The notes beneath the pieces are model-generated. The model saw only the letters and a list, made by a program, of their open reading frames with translations. It was not told the origin of the DNA and did not search any database. A stretch of DNA of 64,000 bases from Centroscyllium fabricii. Taxonomy: Eukaryota. Below are positions 48,451-60,459 of the stretch, piece after piece; the stretch's first letter is position 1; each line of letters starts with the position of its first letter. The stretch spans positions 20,646,001 to 20,710,000 of the forward strand of contig JBNRSN020000029.1 of NCBI GenBank assembly GCA_051313645.2, written 5' to 3'. Made by a program: the position numbers and the translations under genes.

Positions 48451-48640
48451 TATTTTCCAGAAAATTCAACGTCAAATTTTAGCCTCAGAATGTTCTTGCT
48501 ATGCTGCTGGAACCTTTGTCAAACAGTCCCCTCCTCTCTGCTGATTAGTGTAAGGGCAGCTGCCTAACCTGTTTGGTCAATGACTGTGACTAATGTAACT
48601 AATTGGGTAACCCGGTTGCCCCCATGGGCTCTCACTCAGG

Positions 48641-48647
48641 TATAAAA
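48641..48647 (+). promoter_or_regulatory. Putative TATA box of the GPCR gene
   Basis: TATAAAA 78 bp upstream of the exon-1 ATG. Confidence 0.6.
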
Positions 48648-48718
48648 CAGTGTTTGCTGAGAAGCCATTTCAGCTCTTTCTCAATCAGACCCGGCGGCAA
48701 GATCGCCGCTCCTAGAAA

Positions 48719-48788
48719 ATGGGATGGCCAATCATTGTGCAGATAGAAGCAATTTTGTACCCGATTCTTGCAGCGATTGGTGTTCCTG
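48719..48788 (+). CDS. GPR139/GPR142-like orphan GPCR, coding exon 1
   Basis: AAAATGG start context; MGWPIIVQIEAILYPILAAIGVP; donor G|GTAAGT, phase 1. Confidence 0.9.
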
Positions 48789-49389
48789 GTAAGTCAATGT
48801 GATCAATTGTTAGTTTCCCTTACTGATGGTATGGTGTGAAGCGGGTGTCAGGGAATGAGCCGTCTGCTTTACATCTCTCCTGGTTTTTATTTCTATTGAA
48901 TTCAATTGAAGTAAAAATCGAGATATGAAAAACTGGCTTCTGATTGGCTGCTACCCGTGTTTCACCATTGCACTCAATCACAATCTGCCCCCAAATCTAT
49001 TTCTGTACCGATGTGTTGACGCAGTCAGTAATTACAGCAACCGTTCCATTAAGGTCAATGGAAGGGGGAAACGCACGAGGTGTATAACGGAAGGTGAATT
49101 GGATATCCCCATTTTACACCATTGCTCAAAGTTAATATTACACCCTGCCTGATTTAGTTTCTATTGCGTGGATTTCTGCTTTTAATTATGAGCGGAAAGC
49201 AGACAGTAGCGTATTGGCCGCCCATTTTACAACTCTCTCGATTTTCACTTACATTGAATTCATTGAAAGTGAAAGTCCAGCGCTGTGTGAAACAACTGAT
49301 CGCGACAACCCTGGCAGTAAAAGTGAAATATCATCCCTCGTGAAGTCAAAAGCAGGTACTATCGGTGGGGTGCAAAACATGTCTGTTTA

Positions 49390-50450
49390 GTTTCCCACTC
49401 GGCAAATTAAGTTAACATTTACCCAAATTCTCATCTACAAAATGAGAAGATGCTCCATCATGAATTGTGGCACCAACCCTGTCCGGGACAGTCTGTGTAC
49501 AAAAATAACATACGTACACTGTGTGCCCATGAGGCTCGGTTGGTCATAGTGTCATTGCAATTATTTACCACCGCAGTGTCTAGCCTCATGGCCAGCCAGA
49601 TCGGTCACGCCTCCATTAATGTCCAGCCAGGAGAAGAATCCGGGTTTTCTGCTGAGTGTGGAGAAATCAGCGGCATGAACACGATCAACATTTGATGAGA
49701 GACAATTCTGCTTAATGTGTTGTTCGGATGCAGCTGACGCTGGCAAGGATACATTTATTCCACAATCGTAGATTCCCCGTAAAGGGGCTATTAGGTTGTG
49801 TCCTGGTAGTGACTCCATCGAGGGATATTTCAACTTTGGGCATTAGCGAAAAAATGAACACTGAGGAATTCACCATCCATTAGGTGCTCATCCGATTTCC
49901 GCTTCCAGTGATTCTAATGGATGGACAATTGAAAGTGGTTTATAAAGTGTGGATAATTTGATATCATCCATTTTATACAATAGCCCAAAGTTAAAATGAA
50001 GCCCAATGTGTTTGTGCATTCTAGCAGATGGATTATTACACGTTCAACACTGGCGTTATTGGAGTTCATAGAATCCCTACAGTGCAGATGGAGGCAATTT
50101 CGGCCCATCGAGCCTGCACCGACGCATATCCCACCCTATTCCCGTAACCCCACATATTTAATCCCCCTAACACTGAGGGTCAAGTTATCCTGGCTAATCA
50201 ACCTAATTCAGAGCATTATCAATCAGATTATTTGTAATAAGAGTATTTGTTCTGTGTAGCTTGTGCACGAAAATGATATGGTGTAATCAAAGCTCGTCCC
50301 ATTTACCATTCCAGTGATTCAGTGCAAAGCAATATCGGGAGTGTGTATAGCGGACCACAGATCCGCTTTCGCCTGTTTCACACTATCGCCAGAGTAAACA
50401 GTATTCTCCTATGTGTGTTCTAAGAATTGGTGGTGGCGATATTTGCAGCT
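49390..50450 (-). pseudogene. Foamy-like gag relic I (capsid) plus possible env leader, antisense inside the GPCR intron
   Basis: LWSAIHTPDI (IWLGRNAPAI); VIIHLL..LGFILTLGYCIKW..FI..SIH* in ORF 49914..50108 (RIINAI..IGLSLTPGDCLTW..FI..PMHQ); LPGHNLIAPL (LPGQAVVTAL); weak env-leader-like VRMLFLYTDC at ~49520. Confidence 0.6.
50065..50210 (-). mobile_element. HE1-type SINE 3' fragment
   Basis: Reverse complement of the 8590-8700 SINE body with CATAGAAT tail. Confidence 0.75.
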
Positions 50451-50697
50451 ACGTGGATATAAACTGATGCAATCTGGAGGCAATCATTTCAAACCACATC
50501 ATTTTTGTTTAATTGAATTAATTCCCAGAAAAAATCGATATTGAGTGACCATACTGAAATCATCTTTTCAGTATTTGCGCGTTTACAAGCTGTGGAGCAA
50601 GAATGGTTGAGCGATAGGAACAGAAATAGACAATTCGGTGTGATGTAACACCTGATGCTCAATGACTCACGTTCGCTTATTTTTTTCCCTCTTGCAG

Positions 50698-51602
50698 CTA
50701 ATTTAGTGACGATTGTGATTCTCTCCCGGGGAAAGTGCGGTCTCTCCAAATGCATCACTCGCTATCTGATTGCCATGGCAATCGCGGATCTCCTGGTTAT
50801 GATATTTGACGTGATACTTTATGCGATCAGCAATATTTATTTCCCATATTCATTCCTGAACTATACTTCCAGCTGCAAAATTAGTCACCCTCTGATTTAT
50901 TGTGTCATTGATTGCTCAGTCTGGTTTACAGTGACTTTCACATTTGATCGCTTTGTAGCCATTTGTTGCAGGAATTTGAGAATTAAATATTGTACCGAAA
51001 GGAACGCAGCTACTGTTTTAGTGACAGTTTGTGGGCTGAGCTTTTTACAAAATATTCCTATGTATTTTACGTATGAACCCCGGGAAATAATTGGCAATAC
51101 TTGGTGGTTCTGCACTGTTCAGTCTAGCTTCTACACCTCACCCGCCTGGGTGGCTTATTTCTGGTTAGAAATTATTTTAACCCCATTTGCTCCATTTGTG
51201 TTCATTTTACTCCTCAATGCTTTGACCATCAGATATATTTTAGCAGCTAATAAATTCCGCAGGAAAATGCAAGGCAGCATTGGTGAGAATCACAATGATC
51301 CAGAGATGAGGAATCGAAGGAATTCGATCATCTTACTGCTCGCCATATCTAGTAATTTTATACTGTTGTGGATGTTAACTCTTACTTATTACGTGTGTAT
51401 ACAAATTGCAGACTCCCAGTTTTTGCAGACAGATTACACCGACCCTTTCACCATCATGGAACAAACAGGATATCTGCTTCAGCGGCTCAGTTCCTGCACC
51501 AACACTATTATTTATGCCGTGGCTCAGACTAAATTCAGAGAGGAGTTCGTGAACACGGTTAAAAGCTCCTTCACTCTAATTATTAAGTTAATGAAACATT
51601 GA
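50698..51602 (+). CDS. GPR139/GPR142-like orphan GPCR, coding exon 2 (spliced product 324 aa)
   Basis: Acceptor TTTTTTTCCCTCTTGCAG; G|CT = Ala keeps the frame; ANLVTIVILSRGKCGLSKC, MAIADLLV, FDRFVAICC, DPEM..RR.SIILL, SSCTNTIIY; open to TGA. Confidence 0.95.
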
Positions 51603-52479
51603 TGCGAACAAGAGTGCTCCGTAGCTCATTAGAAGACACATCCGTTCCCAATTTTACCTTCACAAAACAGAGTAAATTGCACAACAACGAGTAGATTTTC
51701 AATCTAAAGTAAGTCTAGTTAGATAGTGAGTTGGTGATCAGCTCCATCATTCATCACCCAAGTATGAAAGTGTAAATAGAACCCGAGGATATATTTTGCA
51801 GACTCAGATTTTTGCTCTTTTCAAATAGGTCTACATTTAATATGTTCCTTTTTTACACCGTGACAGATTCTCCTTTTTACGGAAACTGGGCAAATGTAAC
51901 ACCTGTATCACTATCGCCTGCTTCGGTTTACCGGTAAAGTCTAATCTCAACCCCCAAATATGTGTTAGCAAAATATTCCTCCGCAGAAAACTTTATCAGC
52001 GGTGCCAATCTCTTCATAGTAGCTCCTTCCTCTCACTCAACACGTCATAAGCTCTTGACGAAAAGCAGTGACACAGGATGTGATGCCACTCCATGCGTTT
52101 TCAAATGGAACTGGGTTGGGAGGAAGGATTATGCAGAGACGGCTCAGTTTTAACCTGCCTCACCTGGCGGGGAGTCCACGGCATCAGGTGAATCAGCGGG
52201 TTCATAACCCACTCGATATTACTCTCTGTTGACTTAAACGTGAATTTTTATAAATGAGAGGTGAATGCCAGCATTGTGCCCGATTCTGTCAGTTTCCCGA
52301 TGGGCGGTTTCGGTGTAATGTTGCATTTGAAGCCCAGGCTCGGAGGAGGGCTGCCTTGTTCACATCAGTGACTCGCATCGGCGCCAATGGTCCGATGTAA
52401 ATGCAGCTTTAGAAATGTCCTTACACCCAGACCCTTAAAAAAATGCATTTCGCACCATTCTTATTATTTGTTGCATTCA

Positions 52480-52860
52480 GGTAACGATTTATTCCGTACA
52501 TTTGTATTTGTTGAAACCGCAGTGAGATTTAATGGGCGCTCTGACAACCCCGTCTCTGGGATATCTCATTTTATTTCAAGATTTCTTTCGACTTCAAATT
52601 GTCTGAGAGTAATTTTGAACAGGGTGGAATGAGTATTCCTTGTCTAAATATAACATTTACACTAATCTTTAGGATCAGTATATGCCCTGCTATTGTAACA
52701 ACAGGACAGAAAAGCAAGGGCGTAATTTTACATTTTGACAATAATGTAAAACATGGTGATACCATGCACCTAGGTATGTACCTCAGCCGAGCTTCCCTCC
52801 AATGGACTTCATTTTCTAAGCACATGGAGCGCCAACTTGGGAGAGCCAAGTTCTGCATCT
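52480..52860 (+). pseudogene. Foamy-like gag relic J (capsid)
   Basis: LRVILNRV (LRCRIINAI); TMHLGMYLSRASLQWTS in ORF 52599..52862 (AYTLGMMLSGQNYQLVS). Confidence 0.55.
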
Positions 52861-52898
52861 GACCAGCACCAGAGACTCTCCCAACCCCCACCCCGCCC

Positions 52899-53435
52899 AT
52901 GCTCTTTCTCTCTCCACCAGTTTCCATATCCCTCCACAGTCTCTTTCTCTCCCTCAGTGCCTGTCTCTCTCCTCCAGTCGCACTCTTCCTAAGTGTCTCT
53001 CTCTCCCACAGTTTCTCCCCTGTCTCTCTCCGCAGTCTCTCTCTCCCTCCCCAGCTCTCTCTCTCCCAGTCGCTTTCCCCATTCTCTCTCCCCAGTCTAT
53101 CTCACTCCCCGTCTCTCTCTTTCTTTCCTCATCTCTCTCTGTCACCCCTGTCTCTCTCTCTCTACCCTAGTCTCTCTCTCTACACTCGCCTCTCTGTCCC
53201 ATTCACTCTCTCTCTCCCCAGTCACTCCCACTCCCCATTTCTTCTCTCAGCTCAATCTCTATCACTCCCCTAGGCCCGCTGCCCAGTGTCTCCCTTCCCC
53301 ACTCTCTCTCTCTCTCTCCCACCGTCTCTCCCTCACCGTCTCTCTCTCAGTAGTATCTCTCTCTCTCTCTCTCTTTCGTCCCAGTATCTCTCTCTCTTCC
53401 CCTCGCCTCCAATCTTATCTCCCCCTCCCTCTCTG
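52899..53435. repeat. CT-rich low-complexity tract
   Basis: Imperfect (CT)n; the overlapping Ser/Leu ORFs are artefacts. Confidence 0.95.
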
Positions 53436-53439
53436 AGTT

Positions 53440-54300
53440 TCAGGCCCGTAGCAGATTATAGTGCATTGGCACTCATTATACACGCATCCCCATTCGCCAC
53501 GTTCCCAGCACAGTATCGGCATTTAGCAGCAGTTCACAGTCTCAGTGTCTCAGGGCTCAGCACTGTTGCGGCTTCCAGTGCACCGGCACAAACATGGGTC
53601 AAGCGCGCAGGCCCGGAAGCCCGATCCTGCAGGCCTGAAGAACGAGCCTCTGGAATGCAACTGAAAAGAGTGCCTGTGCTCCAGCGAAACTGCAGCGCCT
53701 GATGTGTGACGCTTGCGAGGTAACCCCGTGGACGCGCATCCGCACAGCTTAGCGGGAAAAATGGAATAGCATTATGATTTTGCACTTGATAGAATGTCAA
53801 ACCCTATCCGTTTGAGGCAACTCGCTCCAGCAACTCTGACAGGATTTTCCTCTGGAAGAAATGTCCACTAAGTGGCTAGATTTAAACTGTCATTTTAGGA
53901 CAGCGTGAATAAGAAAGGGCCTACAACAGAAGATAGTTTGGGTTGGAATTACCTACAATTGGCGGTATTTGCAGAGAGAGAACAATAAAATGCTATAATT
54001 TATGACATGTCATTGCTGCCAGATTCGCGGTTAGCCCGCCCATATATCTGCTCAGACTGTTGGGGCTAATATTTATCAAAGGCCAGCTGCCAATGCCGAG
54101 CTGGACCACCATCGTGTCCCACACTGCAGTCCACAGGTGCTTTCTCTGACCTTAACCGACTGACATTCTGGGGCTGCCCGCGCTGCATTACCTACTTTGC
54201 TGTGACGTTACAAACAAACTATTTCACAGTTGCCAAATTTGTCACCTGTTACCTCTTTGCCGTTTTACGATTGATCATTTGTAATGTGAAAATAAATAAA
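53440..54300 (+). pseudogene. Foamy-like env relic K (SU C-terminus and TM N-terminus)
   Basis: GNPVDAHPHS (GTPVNEMPNA), LTGFS (SMGYA), AIIYDMSLL (ATLHDISVM), SWTTI (DWTYM). Confidence 0.55.
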
Positions 54301-54349
54301 GGTTTTCGACTTTAAGAGCAATTTAGCAAATGACTGTTTAACAGACCAG

Positions 54350-54900
54350 TATTGAATGAATACATAAGCCTATTTCGTATGGTTAAAGTATTTGATACAT
54401 TAGATAGAGGCAAACAATTAACTCTGGTGCAGGAGTCGAGAACAACGGGGCAAAATCTTCAAATTGCATTGAATTGTATTGTATGTAGAGCACAGAACCA
54501 GGCCATTCGGCCCCAGTGGAATATGTCAGTGTTCAGACTTAACTCAAACCTCCTCCCACCTATATTCAACTTAGTATATCCTTCGACTCCTTTCTCCATC
54601 AAGGCATCTATGCTATTCGCCTTAACTATTATTTGTGGTAGCGAGTTCCACATTCTTACCAATCTTCGGGTGAAGATGTTTCTGCTGAGTTCCTATTGGA
54701 TTGATTGATCAATATCTAATATTCATGCCCGCTTGCTTTAGTCTGCCCAGAAGTGAAAACATATATACTTTCATCTTAACAAGCTCCTTCATCAACTCTA
54801 TTTGTTCAACTATCAGCATTCTCTTAACTGGATACTAAATCACAACAGGCTCAGTCTTTCCTGACATGTAAGTTTTTCCATTGTGGTATCATTCTTGTAA
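54350..54900. mobile_element. Short degenerate CR1 3' fragments in both orientations
   Basis: FDTLDRGKQL..ESRTTG (+) and MVRMWNSLPQ (-, 54459..54662). Confidence 0.7.
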
Positions 54901-54905
54901 ATACT

Positions 54906-55380
54906 GGGCCGTAATTTCCGATCGGAGGCTTCCCGCGTGCGGAAGACTCTGATTTGGATAACATCTATGCACTTACCTGAGGGCTCCCGAGCTGTGCATA
55001 GTTCCGAGGCTGGGCCGCTCGGACTCCAACTTTGCAGGGCTTACAGCTCCCAGGGACGCATGCAGTAGCATCGCTGATATCACGTGGGCCCTGGGGAGCT
55101 AATCAAAGAAGGGAAGCTCCCGTCACACACTTTACAGATAGAGCTGTCAAATATATGAATGGCGATCAACTCAATAACACTTCAAAACATTAAAAACATG
55201 TTTTTGTCATATTTTTAAATTAATTGAAATAACAATGAATAACATATTTTAAATAAAAATTACATTTTTTGAATAAAATAATTAAAGATTTTTACAGGGC
55301 TAAAAATAAGCTTAAATTTTGATAAGTATTTTTAAATGATATATAACCGAAAAAATTTAAAAAACAAAAAGTTTTTCTAC
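54906..55380 (+). mobile_element. Left part of a MITE of the 28397 family, cut by satellite
   Basis: GGGCCGTAATTT start, GGAGGCTTCCCGCG, CACTTACC and AT-rich core. Confidence 0.65.
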
Positions 55381-55384
55381 TCTT

Positions 55385-56380
55385 CAAACAGAAACTGACA
55401 CCTCACACCCAAACTCACTTCTCAACTCAAACTGACCACACACCACCAAACTGACGTATCACTCACAAATTGACCCATCTCCGTAAATCCACCCCCTCAA
55501 TACACACAGAGCCCTCATCCCAAACTGACTCGTCACTTCCAATCTGACCCATTACCTTCATCTGACTCGTCCTCCAACTGACCCATGACTTCAAAACTGA
55601 CACATCACATTCAAACTGATTCATCCCCCCAAAATGACCCAGCATCCCAAACTGACCAACATTCCCAATCTGACACCTCACCTCAAACTGACCCTACACT
55701 CCAAAACTTACCCTTCAACCTAAATTGTCACTTCATCTCAAACTGATGCAATACCCCCAAACTGAACCATCTCTCATAAACTGACACCTCACTCCCAACC
55801 TGACCTACAACACGAAAATCAAACTGCACCCATAAACTGAAGTATCACCCCAAAACTGACCCGTACCCCGAACAGAACCATCACTCCCAAAATATCCATC
55901 GCCCCCATCCTGTCAGTCACTTCCATACTGAATCGTTACTCCCAAACTGTCTCATGAAATCCAACTGAACCGTCAAACCCAAACTAATAATTCATTAAAA
56001 ACTGACCCATAAACCGCAAACTGACCCCTTCCCTCATTCTAAACGAACACCTGCAAAATGCCCTTCACCCCCAAACTTTCATACCACCTGCAAACTGGAC
56101 AATTATCCCCAAACTGACTATCAACCCTCAAAATGATCATTCACTCCGAAATTAACACATCACCTCCAAAATGATCCATAAACCTAACTTGAACACTCAC
56201 CCCAAACTGTTCCACCACTCGAAAACTTACCGATCACAGCAACTGACTAAAATACCCATACAGACACTCTCTCACAAGATGATGCCACCCCCGAAAAGAC
56301 CCCATAACCAAACTGACCATCGCCCCAAAATTAAACCATAAGCCACAAACTGACCAATCAACACCAACTTTCTGGTCACG
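55385..56380. repeat. Degenerate ~18-19-bp satellite (CAAACTGACC(C/A)ATCACCC)
   Basis: Recurrent AAACTGAC cores at ~18-19-bp spacing. Confidence 0.9.
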
Positions 56381-56394
56381 TCCAAGCTGTCGCA

Positions 56395-59100
56395 TCAACA
56401 ACAACAACATGTATTTGTATGGCACGTTCAACCTAGTAAAACGCCCCAAGGCAATTCCCTCGAGTGTTAAGAGACAAAGCAAAATTGACAGCGAGCCACA
56501 TAAGGAGAATTTAGGTCAGATGTCCAAAAGCGTGTTCAAAGCGGTCAGTTTTAACGAGCGTCTTCAAGGAGGAAATAGAGGTCCCGAGGCGGAGAGGTTT
56601 AGGGAAGGCATTCTAGAACTTAAGGCTTTGGCTTCAGAAGGCATGGACAGCAATGGTGCAGCGCTTAAAATCTTGGACTTTTACGATGGCAGAATTAGGC
56701 GAAGGCGGATATCTCGTGTAGTTGTGGGGCTTGTGGAGATTACAGAGATAGGGAGCGGTAAGGCCATGGATGGATTAACAAAACAAGGATGAGAATTTTT
56801 AAATTGTGCTGTTGCTTAACCGGAAAACAACATAGGTGAGCGAGCGCAGCTGTGAAGGGTGAACTGGACTTGGTTTGATTTAGGGCATGGGCAGCTCAGT
56901 TTGTGAGTTTCAGAAGGGTTGAATATTGTAGGAGTGCATTGAAATAATCACATTTAGAGTCATCCAAGGCATGGTCGACGGTTTCTGCAACAGGAGAGCT
57001 GAGGCAGGTGCAGAGATGGGCGATATTACGGAGTTGGGGATTGTTGGACATAGTTGTAGTGCAGATATGTGGTCAGAAGTAAATTTCAGGTTCAAGTATG
57101 ACAAAAATGTTTGCGAACGGTCTTGCTCAGCCTCAACTAGGAGCGAGGGAGCGGGCTGGAGTCACTGGTTATTAAAAAGAATTTGTGGCAGGGAACAAAC
57201 AATGGCTTCAGTCTACCCACAATTTAATTAGAGAACATTTCTGCTCCACCTGTACTGGAGTCTGTGCAAACAGTCTGAAAATTTAGCGAGCTTAATTAAA
57301 ATGACAGAGTGTTCAATGGTTTGCTTTTTATGAGGAGAGATTTCATGACGGCAGTATTGAAGGCGAGGCAGACAGTACCCGAGGAGAGAAAACTGTTAAC
57401 AATGTCAGCCAGCATGGGAGCCTGAATAGGAAGTTGGATGGTCAGCAGTTTAGTGGGAATAGGGTTGAAAGTGCAGGAGGTGTGTCTCATGGACAAGGTG
57501 AGCTCGGAAAAATCATGGGATGAGGTCAGAGAGAAATAGGAGAAAGATGCGAGGTAAGGGCTTGGGCAGTAGGTAATCGGAGAGGCAGTTTGTCCTGGTG
57601 GGTTTGAGGACAATAGGGAAGTGGCGTAGACAATTGATCAGGTGGTCTCAATCATCGAATTAAATTAGCCCGTGAACTCCTCGCACTTGTTTTTGCAGAG
57701 AAGGGTGGCGGAGACACGGGAGCGGGGTTTCAGAAGACTGTTACCAGCAGAGAATAGGAACCGTGGGTTATCATTGCATTGCTGAATAATTCTGATCTAT
57801 TGAATAGTTTTGGCAAATTCGTGTAGGACTCCATGATGTTTTATGTGGGCAGCCAGATCTGGTGATGAATAACAAACCACGGGACAATAGTATGTTTTCA
57901 GGTCTGCATCCCTTGGACTTAATTGAGCTGTGATTAGGGCAATGCCAGGGGGAGTGGGCAGAGTGAAAGAGAGTAATTGTATTAATAGGGACGAGGACAT
58001 CGAAGTTAGCGGTGAGAGTGTGGTTACGCTGATTGGTAGTTGCAGAAATGCCATGGTGAATGGAGGGCCAGAGGCTGGACAGTTTAGATTTCCTAACTGC
58101 AGTTGCAATATAGGTGGGAGAGATTTTCAAGGGGCGGACACAGAAGGAATTAGGGTTTGAGGGTTGGAACGGGAATGTGGCTGGAGAGCAATAGAAGGGA
58201 GTTGGCAGAGATCACCTTATCTACGATTGACAAGATGGGAGTATCGAGGCCACGGGAGATGGCAAGATCGAGGGAGTGGCCATGAATATTGCTACGGGTG
58301 GTTTACATAGAAGGAGTTGTTGAGGCAGGATTTGAGGGCAGTAACCTCACAGGAGAAAGAGCATGCAGCTTTGAGATGGAAGTTTAAATCAGAGGCAGTC
58401 TTCTGAAAGCAATAAACACATCTCGGTAATGACATAATTATGGTACATGGGTGAATGGTAGACAGTAGATATTTTAAATGAGAGGTGAGACTCGTGGAAT
58501 AAGGTGAGATTCTCAGAGGAGGAGAAAATGTTTCAGGAAGAAAGGAACTGACCAAGGTGTGATTTGGTGATGAGAATTACACCCCCACCACAGCCATCTG
58601 AGTGGGGCAATTGGTAGATGGTATAGCCAGGTGGGAGATTTCATTTAGCTGTAAGTGGTCATCACAACTCAACGAAGATTCAATTAGGCTCATGATGTCG
58701 ATGCAATGAGGCCCGAAAAGCTCATGGATGGTCACAGGTGAACGGACATTTTGGAGGGAGATGTGGAGAGGGTCGATGATATCTAATGCCCTGCCAGCGT
58801 CCACAGGTCAGCACTGGGAGCAGTGTGTTGGAGGGGGAGGACAATGGCAACATTAACACCCAGCACGTGAACTGGGCGGGATGGTCAGCGAAAGAGTAGG
58901 AAGGGACAGTTGGGGTGGATGCTCATGAGGAGGAAATTACAAGTGTTATGGTGAGCTCTTCTGAGGATGCCAAGAGAGGCACAGGGGGAAACTCTAAGCT
59001 TATCAACGAGGGATTCGTGCCTGGGACGGCGGCAGAAGAGTACTAGGTTCGAAGAATATTGAAAAGTTGGGGTAGGGATTTGGGAAGAGAGGAGAAATGA
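56395..59100 (-). mobile_element. Degenerate L2 LINE inserted in the satellite
   Basis: TSCTFNPIPTKLL..LADIVNSFLSSGTV..FNTAV (57296..57613), APE remnants near 58300-58700, (AAC)n tail at 56395-56410; 5' region may extend to ~60100. Confidence 0.8.
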
Positions 59101-60136
59101 TAAGAGTCATAACGACAGGGGAGAGCGGTCGGGGAAGAATAGGGATAAATGACAAAGGGTGACAAAAATGGATTTAGAAGTTTTCAGCTCAGCTCCAGAG
59201 TGGCAAGCAAAATGCATACGCAAAGGGACACAGGGACAAATTCAAGCTAAATACGCCTGGTTACATACAAACTATTACAATAGGTATTTCCTGATAGTAA
59301 CAGGGGCTAGGGTGGAGAGAGTACTAGGGAGCCCAGCGGTAAATTCAGAAGTGTCGTGGTGGGAAATAGCTGATGTAGCTTGGATGGAGTCTGGATGGAG
59401 CATCGGCAAATCTGTTGTACACGTTGGGAGACAAGTGTAGCGAGCGAGAGAAATCCAGTAGCTATTTGAAGGGTAGAGAATTGGAGGATGGATGTTATTC
59501 CCATGGGAATGAGAATCGGTTGCGACGCAGAAATACGATGGTGAAGTTCAAGCAAAGTTGGAGATCACCATAGATTAAAAGCAGCGGGCAAATGTAAAAC
59601 CTCTAGCCCACGACCCACAAAGCTGAAAATCGAGTAGAACCAGTCGCCCAGATCAGCAGAGAAACAGCAGCTAACCAGGCAACAAAAACGCTGAAACAAA
59701 GTAGCACGAGTCACCCAGTGGGGGAAAATTACTAAATAAGTACTTGTACAAAACATTAGCAGCTGAATGAGAGACACAACTGAATTATTATGGTGTAATC
59801 TAGTGTAGCCCGTTTACACTAAGATAATGGTGTAATTCAAGTGTAGTCCAGAGAAGAAGCGTTCTCTTGATGTCCGGCGAAGTCCAGGAATTAGAAAACC
59901 AAAACTGAGAAGACAATTCAGCAGCTCACTGAGAGTAGCAGTGGGCAGAGGGGTGGGGAATATGTAATGGCGAAGTGAAATAGCAGTTTATTTGTAGTTA
60001 ACATGTAGATAAGGCTAAAGTGCAGCAGCTCATGGAGCCAGTGGGACTTGATCAATGGAAGCGAGGAGATTTGGGTGAGAATAGGCAAAGGATGGCTGCA
60101 GATTTACATGGATAGAGGTGAAACAATTAACATCTC

Positions 60137-60458
60137 TGTCGTAAAACACGACTACCTCAATAACCTAGGAAGTATTACTGGTCGGACTTCCAAACTAACT
60201 AGGAACAGTTGCTGGTCGGCCAGCTGAGGGCACCTACCAGGGATGATAAATACTGGGGCCTGAACCACAGTTTAGACAGAGACACTCTAGAGCAAGGAGG
60301 CTAGTGGTTGTAAACTAGTTCTCTCTCTTTATGTCACGTTATAAGTTGAATAAAGCCTTGCTTTATGTTCACCAAGAGCTTGATAATACTTTGTTACATC
60401 AAGCTCCTTATAGAACTGCCAGCCCAGTGTGGCATCTTGTCCTAGTTACAGTGTAACA
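60137..60458 (+). mobile_element. LTR-like segment
   Basis: TGT...ACA ends, GATAAATA ~60245, AATAAA 60349-60354; no TSD found. Confidence 0.45.
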
Positions 60459-60459
60459 T

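Noticed and set aside
50655-50697. ATG at 50655 as the GPCR start
   Set aside because: This is the intron branch point and polypyrimidine tract; upstream exon 48719-48788 supplies the N-terminus and TM1 in the correct phase
52372-52386. tRNA-Lys primer-binding site (TGGCGCC on the minus strand)
   Set aside because: Only 7 nt match, no adjacent LTR end, and wrong strand for the neighbouring gag relic
52899-53436. Ser/Leu- and Glu/Arg-rich ORFs
   Set aside because: Translations of a CT microsatellite
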